The notes: generated from the sequence alone by a model not told the origin. A DNA stretch of 64,000 nucleotides from an uncultured Bacteroidales bacterium (GCA_903845055.1 CAIMWF010000154.1:9596-73595), one strand, 5' to 3'; shown: positions 18,406 to 28,436, counted from the stretch's first letter. Program-made: numbers and translations.

Positions 18406-18991
18406 ATTTTACCTCCCCATGAAACGTTGATAGGTACTCGTCGAAATTCTTTTGAAATTCTTCGGGTTTTGATTTCAGGTATGCATCTTCCCCGAAAAAG
18501 GAGAGGATGGCTTCAAATTCTTTTGCCCCGTGATATCCGGGGATCACAATGATCGACTGCCCCTTTTCATTCAGGAACGAATAGGAGGGGTACGACATCG
18601 AGTTGCGCAGCAGCTGGTTTGCCAGCTGGTGGGTGCTTCGTTTGTTTCCCGGGTTGAGGTTGACAAATTTGACGCCGTCGAGGATGATCGTGTCTTTGCG
18701 CTCGGCATCGAATTTCACGCAATAGAAATGGGCATTCATGTACTTGACGATGGCCGGGTTGGTAAAAGTTTCGGCATCCATCTTCTTGCACCAGCCACAC
18801 CATTCGGTGAAGATGTCGACCACCATCTTTTTAGGTTTCTTTTTATTGAGGTTGTAGGCCTCCTCGAAAGAGTACCATTTGATTTTCGGCTCTTTTCCCG
18901 AAGCGTTGCCGGGCGACTGCGCCACCAACTGGCCGAAAATATAAAGGGAGAAAATTATAAGGATCAATCTGATCAGGTTTTGCTTTTTCAT
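18404..18991 (-). CDS. Secreted thioredoxin-fold protein
   Basis: Signal peptide and the WCGWCKKM CxxC motif. Confidence 0.8.
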   Translation of the reverse strand: MKKQNLIRLILIIFSLYIFGQLVAQSPGNASGKEPKIKWYSFEEAYNLNKKKPKKMVVDIFTEWCGWCKKMDAETFTNPAIVKYMNAHFYCVKFDAERKDTIILDGVKFVNLNPGNKRSTHQLANQLLRNSMSYPSYSFLNEKGQSIIVIPGYHGAKEFEAILSFFGEDAYLKSKPEEFQKNFDEYLSTFHGEVK

Positions 18992-19033
18992 GGTTTACTG
19001 TTTTTACAATTAAAGGCACCACAAAGGTCCGAT

Positions 19034-19100
19034 TCAAAATCCAAAGTTCAAAATTAATTCGTCACTCGTCACTCGTCATTCGTCATTCGTCATTCTCACT
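19034..19100. repeat. Two adjacent heptamer arrays (TTCAAAA-like x3, then TCGTCAY x5-6)
   Basis: tcgtcac tcgtcac tcgtcat tcgtcat tcgtcat tctcact read directly. The array runs into the smpB stop codon. Confidence 0.9.
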
Positions 19101-19536
19101 GCCTTTCCATCTCCCTCATATGATCCTTCTGCTTCAGTGTTTCCCGCTTGTCATATGAATGCTTTCCACGGGCCAGTGCGATGGTCAGCTTTGCGAGCCC
19201 TTTTTCGTTGATGAACAACAGCACCGGGATGATGGTAAATCCCTTTTCTTTGACCTTGACGGCCAGTTTCTTCAGCTCCCGTTTGGTCAGCAGCAGTTTC
19301 CGGTCGCGTTTGGGTTCGTGGTTGTAAATCGTTCCAAGCGAATATTCGGCAATATGCATGTTCCGCACAAAAAGCTCGGTCCCTGTAAAGGTGCAGTAAG
19401 CATCGGCAATGGAAGCCGTACCGTCGCGGATCGACTTGATCTCCGTGCCGGTAAGTTGTATCCCGGCAGTAAGCTCCTGCACGAGGAAGTATTCATGGGA
19501 TGCTTTTTTGTTCCTTATGTTAACCGTTTTTTCCAT
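19096..19536 (-). CDS. smpB: SsrA-binding protein SmpB
   Basis: [10 protein letters not shown]...GTEIKS... is the canonical SmpB pattern. Confidence 0.95.
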   Translation of the reverse strand: MEKTVNIRNKKASHEYFLVQELTAGIQLTGTEIKSIRDGTASIADAYCTFTGTELFVRNMHIAEYSLGTIYNHEPKRDRKLLLTKRELKKLAVKVKEKGFTIIPVLLFINEKGLAKLTIALARGKHSYDKRETLKQKDHMREMERQ

Positions 19537-22362
19537 CTATTTTTTTTCCGGTACCAGTACCACCCGCACATAATGTCCGGGATTAACGTGCTTCTCAGCA
19601 AATTGCTTCATTTCCCCGACGGTCACCGCGTTGATACGGTCCCTGAAGGTATTGACCGAATTGGGAGAGTCGTTGTTGTAATACACAGATTCCAGTTTTT
19701 TCAGCCAGAAATCATTCTTCTCCAGGTCGGTTTCGCGGGTGCGGATCATGGTCTCCCGCGCCTTGTTCAGGTCCACCAGCGAGGGCCCGTTTTTCCTGAG
19801 TTTCTTTATTTCACCGAACACGGCTTTGGTGATTTTTTCCGTGGCATTGGGCGAGCAGCCGTACATGACGACCAGGTCAAAATGGGAAAACGGGTATTGT
19901 TCCACCTGCGCGAGCACCTGGGGAGAATATACGCCGCTCATCTTCTCGCGGATCACTTCGATCAGCTTGATGCTGAGGATCTCCTTGAAAAGGTTGATGT
20001 CGAGGAGCATTTTTTCATTCCAGTCGATGTTCTCCTCCATCACCAGTCCGACCATCCCCTGCGGGTCGGTCCCTTTGTGGTAGAAAAGGTTCGTTTCTCC
20101 TTTAAAAATCTTCGGGGAGTTGTCCTTCCAGGTCTCCTTGCGGTTCAGCGCGGGAAGACTCCCGAAATACCGTTCGATCAGCGGGGCGATGGTATCAACG
20201 GCAAAATTCCCGACAAGGAAAAACTTAAAATCACCGGCGTCGGCAAACCGCTCGCGGTATATTTGATAGGCCAGGTCGTGGTTTACCTCCTTCAGATCGA
20301 CCGGGGAGGGGAAAATGAGTTTTCGTTTATAGCCGGGGTAGACGGTTTTGTACAATGTGTCATAGAAAGATACCATCGGGCTGCTTTTCATGAATTTCAT
20401 CTGGGTTTCCATCTGCGACATGAAGGCCCTGAATGCGGTTGAATCTTTACGTGGCTGCCCGAAATAGAGGTAAACCAGCTGCAGCATGGTTTCAAAATCC
20501 TTCGGGGTGCTTTTCCCGGTGAAGCCCTCCTTCAGTTCCTGTATGTAAGGACTCACCTGCAGGTCCCTGCCCTTCAGTTTTTTCTCCAGCTCCACGTTGT
20601 CGAAGTTGCCTGCGCCGCTCATGTCGACGATCTGCGCGGCGTAGTTTGCCGACATGTACTGGCTGTCGGGGTATAATGATTTTCCTCCCGGGCTGTATCC
20701 CGAAAACAGGATCTCGTCATTCTTGAATTGGGTCGGTTTGAGCACCACCGTGATCCCGTTGGATAATGTAAGCTCGGTGCAGCCAAGTTCCTGGTTCACC
20801 TTCCTTGCAGTAATCTTTCCAGGCTTAATGGTCCCGGTGATGAGGGCCTCTTCCCTGAAATTGTCGACGTAGGGCTGCAGCGACGCGGTTTTCGACCGTT
20901 TTATTATTGACAGCACATCCGCTTCCGCGGGAACCCTGAGGTTTTCCTTTTCGGGAGCCATGACCACGATCCCGAGGTTGTTGTCGGTGACCCATTTTTT
21001 TGCAAGGTCGTTCACTTCTCCCAACTTCAGGCCAGGCAGCAGGAGCTTGAAATATTTGAATTCTTTCTGCGCCCCGGGGATGGCTGTCTGTGAAAGGAAA
21101 TTGCTGACATATTCACTGCTCAGTTCCAGCGATTCGGTCTTGTCCGATTCCTTTGCGGCCTTTTCCAACTCGCTGTAAATTTCCTCCTTCTGACGGTCGA
21201 ATTCTGTCTGGGTAAAGCCAAACCGTTTAACCCGTTCGTTTTCAGCCAGCAGCAATTCCAGGGTTTCGTCCACCCGGTTTTCTTTCGATACGGCATTGAT
21301 GACATAGGCATCGGTGGTCCGCGCCAGGAAGGTCCCGTATTCCGGGCTTGCATGAACAAAGGGGGCATCGGGTTTCTGGGCGATTTCACCCAGGCGGTTG
21401 TTAAGCATGCCGGTATATAACTCCCCGAGAAGGCTTTCCCTGAAATCGCCAAGGGTTTTGTCGGGTCGCAGGGGGTGTTTGTAAAAGACGATGACGTTAT
21501 TGCTCATGGCCTCTTTGTCGGTGGTGATGGCGATCAGCGGATCAACGTTATCGGGAATATCATAAACAATGCGTTCTTTTGCTTCGGGTGGGTTTTTGAG
21601 AACGCCGAATGCCTCCCTGATTTTCGCTTCGGTGCGGTCAACATCGATATCCCCCACGATCACCACGGCCTGCAGGTCGGGCCGATACCAGTCATGATAA
21701 AAGCTGCGCAGCGACTCATGTCTGAAATCCCGGATGATGTCAATCTTGCCGATCGGGATCCTGGTTGCATACCGGGAATCTTTGAAGATCACGGGGAAAA
21801 TTTTCTTCATCATGCGGTCATTGGCACCCAGGCCAAGCCTCCATTCCTCGGTGATGACCCCCCGCTCCTTGTCGATTTCCTTATCATCAAGCAGCGCAAA
21901 GTGCGACCAGTCAAGCAGCACCTGGTATCCTTTCGAAACCAGGGCCGTATCATCCGTAGGGAGCTGCAGCATGTATACCGTTTCATCAAAACTTGTATAC
22001 GCGTTGATGTCGCCACCGAAACGGACCCCTGTTTTCTGCAGGAAATCAAGCAGTTCATTCTTCGGGAAGGTGCGCGTTCCGTTGAAATTCATATGTTCCA
22101 TGAAATGAGCGAGCCCCTGCTGGTCGTCCGTTTCCAGGATCGACCCGGCATTTACGACCAGCCTGAGTTCAACGCGTTTTTCGGGTTTGGAATTCCGGCG
22201 GATGTAATAAACAAACCCGTTATCCAGCTTCCCGATCCTGACATTCGGGTCGATGGCCAGCGGCGTGGAAAGGTCGACGGTGGTCTGCTGGCTGAAGCCT
22301 GTAAAGGCAGCAAGGACCATCACGGTCGTCACCCATGTCTTCAGAATGATCGAGCGCATCAT
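19537..22362 (-). CDS. M16 family zinc peptidase (double insulinase-type, secreted)
   Basis: HFMEHMNFNGT (HxxEH) and a signal peptide after MMRSIIL. I trimmed the start to 22362 because the upstream ORF extension is encoded by a REP-like repeat. Confidence 0.9.
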   Translation of the reverse strand: MMRSIILKTWVTTVMVLAAFTGFSQQTTVDLSTPLAIDPNVRIGKLDNGFVYYIRRNSKPEKRVELRLVVNAGSILETDDQQGLAHFMEHMNFNGTRTFPKNELLDFLQKTGVRFGGDINAYTSFDETVYMLQLPTDDTALVSKGYQVLLDWSHFALLDDKEIDKERGVITEEWRLGLGANDRMMKKIFPVIFKDSRYATRIPIGKIDIIRDFRHESLRSFYHDWYRPDLQAVVIVGDIDVDRTEAKIREAFGVLKNPPEAKERIVYDIPDNVDPLIAITTDKEAMSNNVIVFYKHPLRPDKTLGDFRESLLGELYTGMLNNRLGEIAQKPDAPFVHASPEYGTFLARTTDAYVINAVSKENRVDETLELLLAENERVKRFGFTQTEFDRQKEEIYSELEKAAKESDKTESLELSSEYVSNFLSQTAIPGAQKEFKYFKLLLPGLKLGEVNDLAKKWVTDNNLGIVVMAPEKENLRVPAEADVLSIIKRSKTASLQPYVDNFREEALITGTIKPGKITARKVNQELGCTELTLSNGITVVLKPTQFKNDEILFSGYSPGGKSLYPDSQYMSANYAAQIVDMSGAGNFDNVELEKKLKGRDLQVSPYIQELKEGFTGKSTPKDFETMLQLVYLYFGQPRKDSTAFRAFMSQMETQMKFMKSSPMVSFYDTLYKTVYPGYKRKLIFPSPVDLKEVNHDLAYQIYRERFADAGDFKFFLVGNFAVDTIAPLIERYFGSLPALNRKETWKDNSPKIFKGETNLFYHKGTDPQGMVGLVMEENIDWNEKMLLDINLFKEILSIKLIEVIREKMSGVYSPQVLAQVEQYPFSHFDLVVMYGCSPNATEKITKAVFGEIKKLRKNGPSLVDLNKARETMIRTRETDLEKNDFWLKKLESVYYNNDSPNSVNTFRDRINAVTVGEMKQFAEKHVNPGHYVRVVLVPEKK

Positions 22363-22461
22363 ATAGTTTTGTATTGAACGGTTGGAATCTTTTGCAAGAT
22401 TACCAATTTTTTCGCAGATTTCCTCAAACCCCACGGTAAATCCACCCCGTACGGGGACTTT

Positions 22462-22508
22462 CCCCCCTTCTCCTTCAAGGAGAAGGGGGCAGGGGGATGA
22501 GGTCATTT
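22462..22508. repeat. REP-like element, copy A (11-bp-stem hairpin plus GGGGATGAGGTCATT tail)
   Basis: cccccttctcc-ttcaa-ggagaaggggg followed by cagggggatgaggtcatttt. It is homologous to 53364-53413. Confidence 0.8.
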
Positions 22509-22532
22509 TCCCCAATCTGGGAGCGATTGGAT

Positions 22533-24956
22533 TCAGATTTTTACCGAAATGCCGAAAAGGAAGTTAACCAACGCCTGCGGGAAATAGCCGTTGGATTCAT
22601 TGTACTGTGCGCCGACATAGTAGGGATAAACCCAGGCGTTGGTTTCATATTTCAGGCTGAAGACATTGTTAACCGAAAGGTTGAAGCTGATCTCCCTGAA
22701 GATGCCCGGTTTGATGGTGTAACCGGCTGACATCCCGTTTGTAAAATATTCATGCAGGGAACGCTCTTTATTACTCGTATTGTCAATATACTGGCGACCC
22801 ACATATTTTGAATTCAGGCTCAGCGACAGTTGCGGCACCGGGTGCCAGGCAAGAACGCTGCCGGCGATGATGTCCGGGGAAAATGAGAGATCGGTGGTGC
22901 CGAGGGGAATCGCCTTCTGGCCATCCGATTTCATCAACGGTGAATATACATCCACGTACTGGGTGAAATTTCTTATCCTGTTCCTGCTGAAGGTTGCATT
23001 GACATTCCAGGTCAGTTTCTTCCTGATGAACTCAACGGCACCCGACAGTTCAATCCCCGCGCGGTAACTGTTCGGAACATTGACCATGACGGCTTCACCC
23101 ACATTGTTGATTTCACCTGTAAGCACCAGCTGGTCCTTGTAATTCATATAATAGAGGTTTGCCTCGGCCGAAATGAACGATTGTTTGAAGGTATAGCCGA
23201 GTTCAAAATCCTGCAGCTTCTCGGGAGAGGGGATGCGTGCCGGGTCGGCATCCTTGTAATTGTCGCGGCTGGGCTCCCGGTTGGCAATGCCGAAGGAGAG
23301 GTAGATTTCGTGATGCTTGTCAAGGTTGAGGTAAACGCCTCCCTTGGGATTGAAAAAGTTAAACCGGTGGTCCTGGTCGAGGCTTCGCAGATCGTCGAGA
23401 GTCCCCACCATTTTGTAACCGACATGCCGGTACTGCAGGTCGGCGAACAGGCTTAGTTTTTTAATAACCTGGTAGTTCACCTTGCCATAGAGGTTAAAAT
23501 CGGTCTTGAGGCCGGTGTTGTAATACCAGTTGCGGTCGATATCGCCGTTTGAGGCATATTGTGCCCAGATTATCTTGCCGAAATGCCTTCCGTAATACCT
23601 GTTCCAGGCTCCGCCAACAGTCAGTTTCAGTTTCTCAGGAAGGGAATAGTTGGTGGAAAAGGTCATGCCCCAGAAATCATTGTCCATCATTTTCCGGTTG
23701 ATCAGGTCGGTCGTCGTGACTGTGATCTTTCCGACCAGGATGTTGTTCAGACCATAGTCTGCAAAAGCTGCATTCTGCTCGTAATTTTCATAATATCCCT
23801 TGCCTTTTGTGTAATGGAGTGCCGCATTGACATTCCAGTTCTTTGCGAGGAGTTGTGAAAAGATCAGCTGGTAATGGTCCTGCTGGTAATTGTCGGTCTG
23901 GTTGTTGTAGTAAACCCGGTTGCCATTTTTGTCGAAGTATTCGCCTGCCGGGTTGTAGGTGCGGTTTGTTGCCAGTGAATCCTTCGGGACCCCTTCCCAT
24001 GCCTGGTAGGTGCGCTCATATCCCGAAAAGGTGATCAGTTTGAGGGTGGTGCTTTTACCATAAAACCCGGCCGAGAGGTAGTACGATTTGAGGGTCGAAA
24101 AGGCCCGGTCGATATACCCGTCGGAATGGATATACGACATGCGGCCGTCGACGCTGATCCTGTTCGACATCAGCCCTGTACCGAAGCGGAGGGTGGTTTT
24201 GAGCGTGTTGAACGATCCACCCGAGAGATCCAGTTCGCCGTAGGGATCCTGGCGGAGGTCGGAGGTCATGAAATTGATGGAGGCGCCGAAGGCTCCCGCG
24301 CCGTTGGTCGAAGTGCCTACACCACGCTGGATCTGGATATTGTCGGTCGATGAGGCCATGTCGGGCAGGTCGACGAACCACACTCCCTGCGATTCGGCGT
24401 CATTCAACGGGATGCTGTTTACCGTGACATTGATGCGCGTGAGGTCGGTGCCCCTGATGTTGATGCCTGAATACCCTACGCCGTTTCCCGCGTCTGAAGT
24501 GATGATCGTTGACGGGGCGTACTGAAGCAGGGTGGGCATGTCCTTCCCGAGGTTTGCGGTCTGGATTTCGCGGCCCGAGATGGAGGCGTAGGCGGTCGGG
24601 TATCGGTCGTGGGCCCTGATCGCGACGATGTTCACTTCGTCGCCCAGGATGGCGGCTCCCTCAAGCCCAACGGACAAGGTGGTGTCGCTCCTGAGGTCAA
24701 GGTCCCGTTTCAGGGTTTTATAGCCGACATAAGAAATGGTCAGGGAATACTTTCCAGTTTTGAGTTGTTGAAGCGCAAAGGCCCCGTGTTCGTCAGAAAC
24801 CGCTGAACCAGTGGCTTTGTCAAGTGTGACATTTGCCCCTGCCAACGGGGATCCGAGTTTCCTGTCGGTAATGGTGCCCATAATGACATGCTGCCCGGAG
24901 GCGTGCATGTTGAACAGGAAAATGCCTGTCAGCATCAGCGATGTGATTGTTTTCAT
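22533..24956 (-). CDS. TonB-dependent receptor (CarboxypepD_reg + plug + barrel), probable thiamine/TPP-regulated importer
   Basis: N-terminal carboxypeptidase-regulatory-like domain, plug motifs and an 807-aa barrel. It is preceded by a TPP riboswitch. Confidence 0.9.
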   Translation of the reverse strand: MKTITSLMLTGIFLFNMHASGQHVIMGTITDRKLGSPLAGANVTLDKATGSAVSDEHGAFALQQLKTGKYSLTISYVGYKTLKRDLDLRSDTTLSVGLEGAAILGDEVNIVAIRAHDRYPTAYASISGREIQTANLGKDMPTLLQYAPSTIITSDAGNGVGYSGINIRGTDLTRINVTVNSIPLNDAESQGVWFVDLPDMASSTDNIQIQRGVGTSTNGAGAFGASINFMTSDLRQDPYGELDLSGGSFNTLKTTLRFGTGLMSNRISVDGRMSYIHSDGYIDRAFSTLKSYYLSAGFYGKSTTLKLITFSGYERTYQAWEGVPKDSLATNRTYNPAGEYFDKNGNRVYYNNQTDNYQQDHYQLIFSQLLAKNWNVNAALHYTKGKGYYENYEQNAAFADYGLNNILVGKITVTTTDLINRKMMDNDFWGMTFSTNYSLPEKLKLTVGGAWNRYYGRHFGKIIWAQYASNGDIDRNWYYNTGLKTDFNLYGKVNYQVIKKLSLFADLQYRHVGYKMVGTLDDLRSLDQDHRFNFFNPKGGVYLNLDKHHEIYLSFGIANREPSRDNYKDADPARIPSPEKLQDFELGYTFKQSFISAEANLYYMNYKDQLVLTGEINNVGEAVMVNVPNSYRAGIELSGAVEFIRKKLTWNVNATFSRNRIRNFTQYVDVYSPLMKSDGQKAIPLGTTDLSFSPDIIAGSVLAWHPVPQLSLSLNSKYVGRQYIDNTSNKERSLHEYFTNGMSAGYTIKPGIFREISFNLSVNNVFSLKYETNAWVYPYYVGAQYNESNGYFPQALVNFLFGISVKI

Positions 24957-24965
24957 TGTATTTCA

Positions 24966-25049
24966 TTTTTCCTACGCCGGCATTACCCGGATCAGGTTAT
25001 TGGGGTATAATCTCAGCCCTTGTGTTTAGGCACCCCCTGCGGAGAAGTA
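24966..25049 (-). promoter_or_regulatory. TPP (THI-box) riboswitch
   Basis: The minus strand reads GGGGTGCC...GGGCTGAGATTATACCCC..AACCTGATCCGGGTAATGCCGGCGTAGG. This matches the conserved core of the TPP riboswitch, immediately 5' of the receptor ATG. Confidence 0.85.
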
Positions 25050-25055
25050 TCGGTG

Positions 25056-25063
25056 CAAAAATA
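25056..25063 (-). promoter_or_regulatory. -7 box TATTTTTG driving the riboswitch and receptor
   Basis: The minus-strand sequence tatttttg lies just upstream of the riboswitch. Confidence 0.5.
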
Positions 25064-25108
25064 AGAATTTGTGCAATGACAGGAAAAAAAACAGCGGTTT
25101 TTTTCGTG

Positions 25109-25116
25109 TATATTTG
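25109..25116 (+). promoter_or_regulatory. -7 box TATATTTG upstream of aroQ
   Basis: TAnnTTTG 18 nt upstream of the ATG at 25134. Confidence 0.5.
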
Positions 25117-25133
25117 CTGTTAAAAGCTGAAAC

Positions 25134-25559
25134 ATGAAACTACTGATCGTCAACGGGCCCAACCTGAACCTTGTCGGGAACCGTGAAACGGAGATTTACG
25201 GCCAGCAGAACTTCGAGAGTTATCTGAAGAAACTGCGCAAACACTATCACCAGGTTACCTTCGAATATTTCCAGAGCAACATCGAGGGCGAGATCATCAA
25301 TGCCTTGCAGCACGCCGGCCTGCTGTACGACGGCATCATCCTGAACGCGGGAGGCTATGCGCATACCTCCGTCGCCATTGCCGACGCGGTAAAAGCCATC
25401 AGCACCCCGGTTGTGGAGGTCCACATTTCAAACACCTTCGCCCGGGAACCATTCAGGCATACCTCTTTCCTGGCTGCGAACGTAAAGGGAAGCGTCATCG
25501 GCTTCGGCATGGAATCATACCGGCTCGCCGTGGAGAGTTTTGTGACGAAAACGATTTAG
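25134..25559 (+). CDS. aroQ: Type II 3-dehydroquinate dehydratase
   Basis: MKLLIVNGPNLNLVGNRE..IYG and HISN motifs. Confidence 0.95.
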   Translation: MKLLIVNGPNLNLVGNRETEIYGQQNFESYLKKLRKHYHQVTFEYFQSNIEGEIINALQHAGLLYDGIILNAGGYAHTSVAIADAVKAISTPVVEVHISNTFAREPFRHTSFLAANVKGSVIGFGMESYRLAVESFVTKTI

Positions 25560-25617
25560 GGGCGAAACCATCCGGCGGGGAAATGGTAGACCTGGCCGGG
25601 GGATTATCAGGGACGGT

Positions 25618-26640
25618 TTATTCCTTGTAGAAATTCTTCAGGTTGAGCTGTGAATATTTTCGTTTGCCTTTCAGGTAATATTCAACAACGATATTTTTTC
25701 CGAAAACATGCCGCATGGATCCGTGTTTCAGGCCAGTCCGTTTCTGCCTGGTTTTCCTGAGCGAACGGTAAAAACTCATGTGGGCGCGCGTTACCGCCCA
25801 GAAATCCTTGAACCCTGCCTGGAAAAGAAATTTGACTGCGGCGATCCCGTCGAGAAACAGGCGCACTGCGAAAACAGGAAAGATCCGCTCCTGGGGAAGA
25901 TTTTTGTACAGCAGGTAAAAGTTGTTCCTGAAATTCAGGTAGGTTTTTCTCCAGGAGGCTTTGGGGAGCGTGCCTCCGCCTATATGGAACACCGTTGAAT
26001 CAGGGCAGTACATGATTTTGTACCCGTGATTCTTAAGCCTCCAGCAGAAATCGATCTCCTCCATGTGGGCGAAAAAATCTTCATCGAGTCCGCCCATGCT
26101 GTGAAACAGGTCGGCCCTCACGAACATGCAGGCACCGGTGGCCCAGAAAATCTCGATGGTATCATCATATTGCCCGGTATCCTCCTCGATAGAAAGAAAA
26201 ATGCGCCCCCTGCAAAAGGGATACCCGTACTTGTCGATAAATCCGCCGGCAGCCCCGGCGTACTCAAACTTTTTCGGCTCGTGGTAGGAACGTATCTTCG
26301 GCTGGCATGCCGCGATCAGGTGATCCTGCTCCATGAGCGCAATCACCGGCGTGATCCAGTTTTCCGTCACCTCAATGTCGGAATTGATAAGGATGTAATA
26401 ATCGGCGCTGACCTGCCTGAGCGCAAGATTATAACCTTCGGCAAAACCGCAGTTTGTGGCATTCCGGATGATGCGGATCCCGGGGTAGGCGGATTTCAGG
26501 AAATTCACCGAATCATCGGTGGAGGCGTTATCGGCTACGATGATCTCCGCCTCCTCTTTGCTGTACTGAACCAGGGTGGGCAAAAACTTTTGAAGGTACT
26601 TCCTGCCATTCCAGTTTAGAATAATTACAGCAACACGCAT
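25618..26640 (-). CDS. Glycosyltransferase family 2
   Basis: VAVIILNWNG...VADNASTDDS...INSDIEV GT2 motifs. Confidence 0.85.
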   Translation of the reverse strand: MRVAVIILNWNGRKYLQKFLPTLVQYSKEEAEIIVADNASTDDSVNFLKSAYPGIRIIRNATNCGFAEGYNLALRQVSADYYILINSDIEVTENWITPVIALMEQDHLIAACQPKIRSYHEPKKFEYAGAAGGFIDKYGYPFCRGRIFLSIEEDTGQYDDTIEIFWATGACMFVRADLFHSMGGLDEDFFAHMEEIDFCWRLKNHGYKIMYCPDSTVFHIGGGTLPKASWRKTYLNFRNNFYLLYKNLPQERIFPVFAVRLFLDGIAAVKFLFQAGFKDFWAVTRAHMSFYRSLRKTRQKRTGLKHGSMRHVFGKNIVVEYYLKGKRKYSQLNLKNFYKE

Positions 26641-26649
26641 TAAGGAAGG

Positions 26650-26677
26650 ATTAAAAATTAAAAATTAAAAATTACGC
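26650..26677. repeat. Heptamer array ATTAAAA x3 (+ATTACGC)
   Basis: Read directly. It is the reverse complement of the array at 26772-26792. Confidence 0.85.
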
Positions 26678-26771
26678 AGGGAAAACTGGACTTGGTCAAC
26701 CATTGAACGAAAAAAGCCGGTCAAAAAATGCCGATAATCTGTTGTAAAAGTACGAATATTAACCGACCTGA

Positions 26772-26792
26772 AATTTTTAATTTTTAATTCCT
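26772..26792. repeat. Heptamer array AATTTTT x2 (+AATTCCT), inverted partner of 26650-26677
   Basis: aatttttaatttttaatt is the reverse complement of aattaaaaattaaaaatt. Confidence 0.85.
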
Positions 26793-28254
26793 AGTTCGGC
26801 AGGTCCCAGTAATCCTCCTGCATGTTACCCCACGATTCGATGACCTGCGTATCCTGCAGATCTTGTGAAGTATAGATGCGGTTGCGCAGGTCTATTTTCC
26901 AGCGCTGGTTGTTGATCTCGCCCGTCGCATCCGAGTGGAGGAGGAAAAAGTCGCTGGTGACCATGTCGGGAGAATAAAATACGAATTTCCTGTTGCGCTG
27001 GTTGTTGTTCAGGGTATAATATTGCCATATCTCATACGGATAATTGCTCGGCTCATTGTATTGCGTGACCCTGGTATTGGGAGGGCCATACTCCAGGTAA
27101 ACACGGCCGCGGTCGGTCTGGTAGCCTTTTTTGACCGGGGTGCCGAAGTTCACCTGAACTTTGTATATCTGGCTCTTGTAAAAATTCCAGGCCTTTTCGG
27201 GGTTGTTCGCATCGCGCTGTGCCCAGAAACTGTAAAAGAACTGCTGCATCATCTTCAGATCGGCTTTTTTCAGTGATTCCCTGATAAATGACTTTTCAAG
27301 TCCGGTTGCCACAGGATAGGTGCTGTTGATGTATTCTTTTAGCGTGTCGCGGTTGGTGATCTTCTCTGAAAAGGTATTTGCAATCTCGGTGGACTGGATA
27401 TCCGAAATGGCCACCACCGCTTTCGGGTTCATGCGCTGGAAAAAAAGTTTTTTCGTGGTCACGATCTCATTTTTCTGGTTCCGGGCCTCAATCACCAGGT
27501 TGTAGTTACCGGAGGCGAGGTTTTCAATGGAAATTTCCGACAACACGACATTGATCCCTTTGGAAACCTCCTTCCTGATCCTGGAGTACTGGTTCTGTTT
27601 CAGGTTGTTTTCAAACGATTCGATATAGTATGAAAGCAGGAACTTGTCGTCACCGGCCTTGTCCATGTTGTACAACTCACAGTAGAAGATCATCTTCGAC
27701 TGTGTTTCGGGGAAGAAAGTGTAGGTGTAGGGTTCAAGGTCGTAGCCGCACTTGGTGAGTTTTGTTGGCGTTGACGATTTTGTAAACGACTTCACCAGCT
27801 CTATCCCCGAAAATACGGGTTTGTCTTTTGGGAAATCAATGGTAATGGACTGGTTGTATGGGACCGCCGCAGTGGTTTTGTTTTTATCGGCCAGCTGGAT
27901 TTCAAAATCGTAGGAGCCGTTCGGGATGGCGATCCGCTGCTGGTCGACAAAGAAAATGTTGTTGTTCACCGTGTCGTCTATTTCCGGGCTGGTCAACTCG
28001 TATTTGTTGAAAGCTTTGATGGCGTTGTCCTGTTTAAAGGTCATCAGGATGTTCACCGTCGCCTGGTATTTGCCATTGTCCTTCCGGGTGTAGATGACGC
28101 TGTTCCCGGCAACGGAAAGGTAGGTCTCGATGTAAGGGCCTTCGGGCGAATTAAAGGTTGACCAGGTAAGGAATGCCCAAAGATTCCTGGCCTGGGTGGT
28201 GGTACCCGACAGGAGGGTGGTGACCAGGAACAATGCGATAACGATTTTTTTCAT
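26791..28254 (-). CDS. GWxTD domain-containing secreted protein
   Basis: Signal peptide. The C-terminal KKGYQTDRGRVYLEYGPPN matches the GWxTD-domain signature. Confidence 0.7.
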   Translation of the reverse strand: MKKIVIALFLVTTLLSGTTTQARNLWAFLTWSTFNSPEGPYIETYLSVAGNSVIYTRKDNGKYQATVNILMTFKQDNAIKAFNKYELTSPEIDDTVNNNIFFVDQQRIAIPNGSYDFEIQLADKNKTTAAVPYNQSITIDFPKDKPVFSGIELVKSFTKSSTPTKLTKCGYDLEPYTYTFFPETQSKMIFYCELYNMDKAGDDKFLLSYYIESFENNLKQNQYSRIRKEVSKGINVVLSEISIENLASGNYNLVIEARNQKNEIVTTKKLFFQRMNPKAVVAISDIQSTEIANTFSEKITNRDTLKEYINSTYPVATGLEKSFIRESLKKADLKMMQQFFYSFWAQRDANNPEKAWNFYKSQIYKVQVNFGTPVKKGYQTDRGRVYLEYGPPNTRVTQYNEPSNYPYEIWQYYTLNNNQRNRKFVFYSPDMVTSDFFLLHSDATGEINNQRWKIDLRNRIYTSQDLQDTQVIESWGNMQEDYWDLPN

Positions 28255-28436
28255 GATGAAAATAATTTAAAGCACCCGGAGAACGGCACTCCGGGAATTA
28301 CCGCCTCCAGTTACAATTTACAAAGATAAGCCCGGCCTGGTGATTATGCAAGCGAAATCGGTATAATTGCAGTTTCTCAGGTTAAGTAGGAACGCGGAAC
28401 AGGCCGGATTGTTTTTGGCGGTTTACGAAATTTGTT

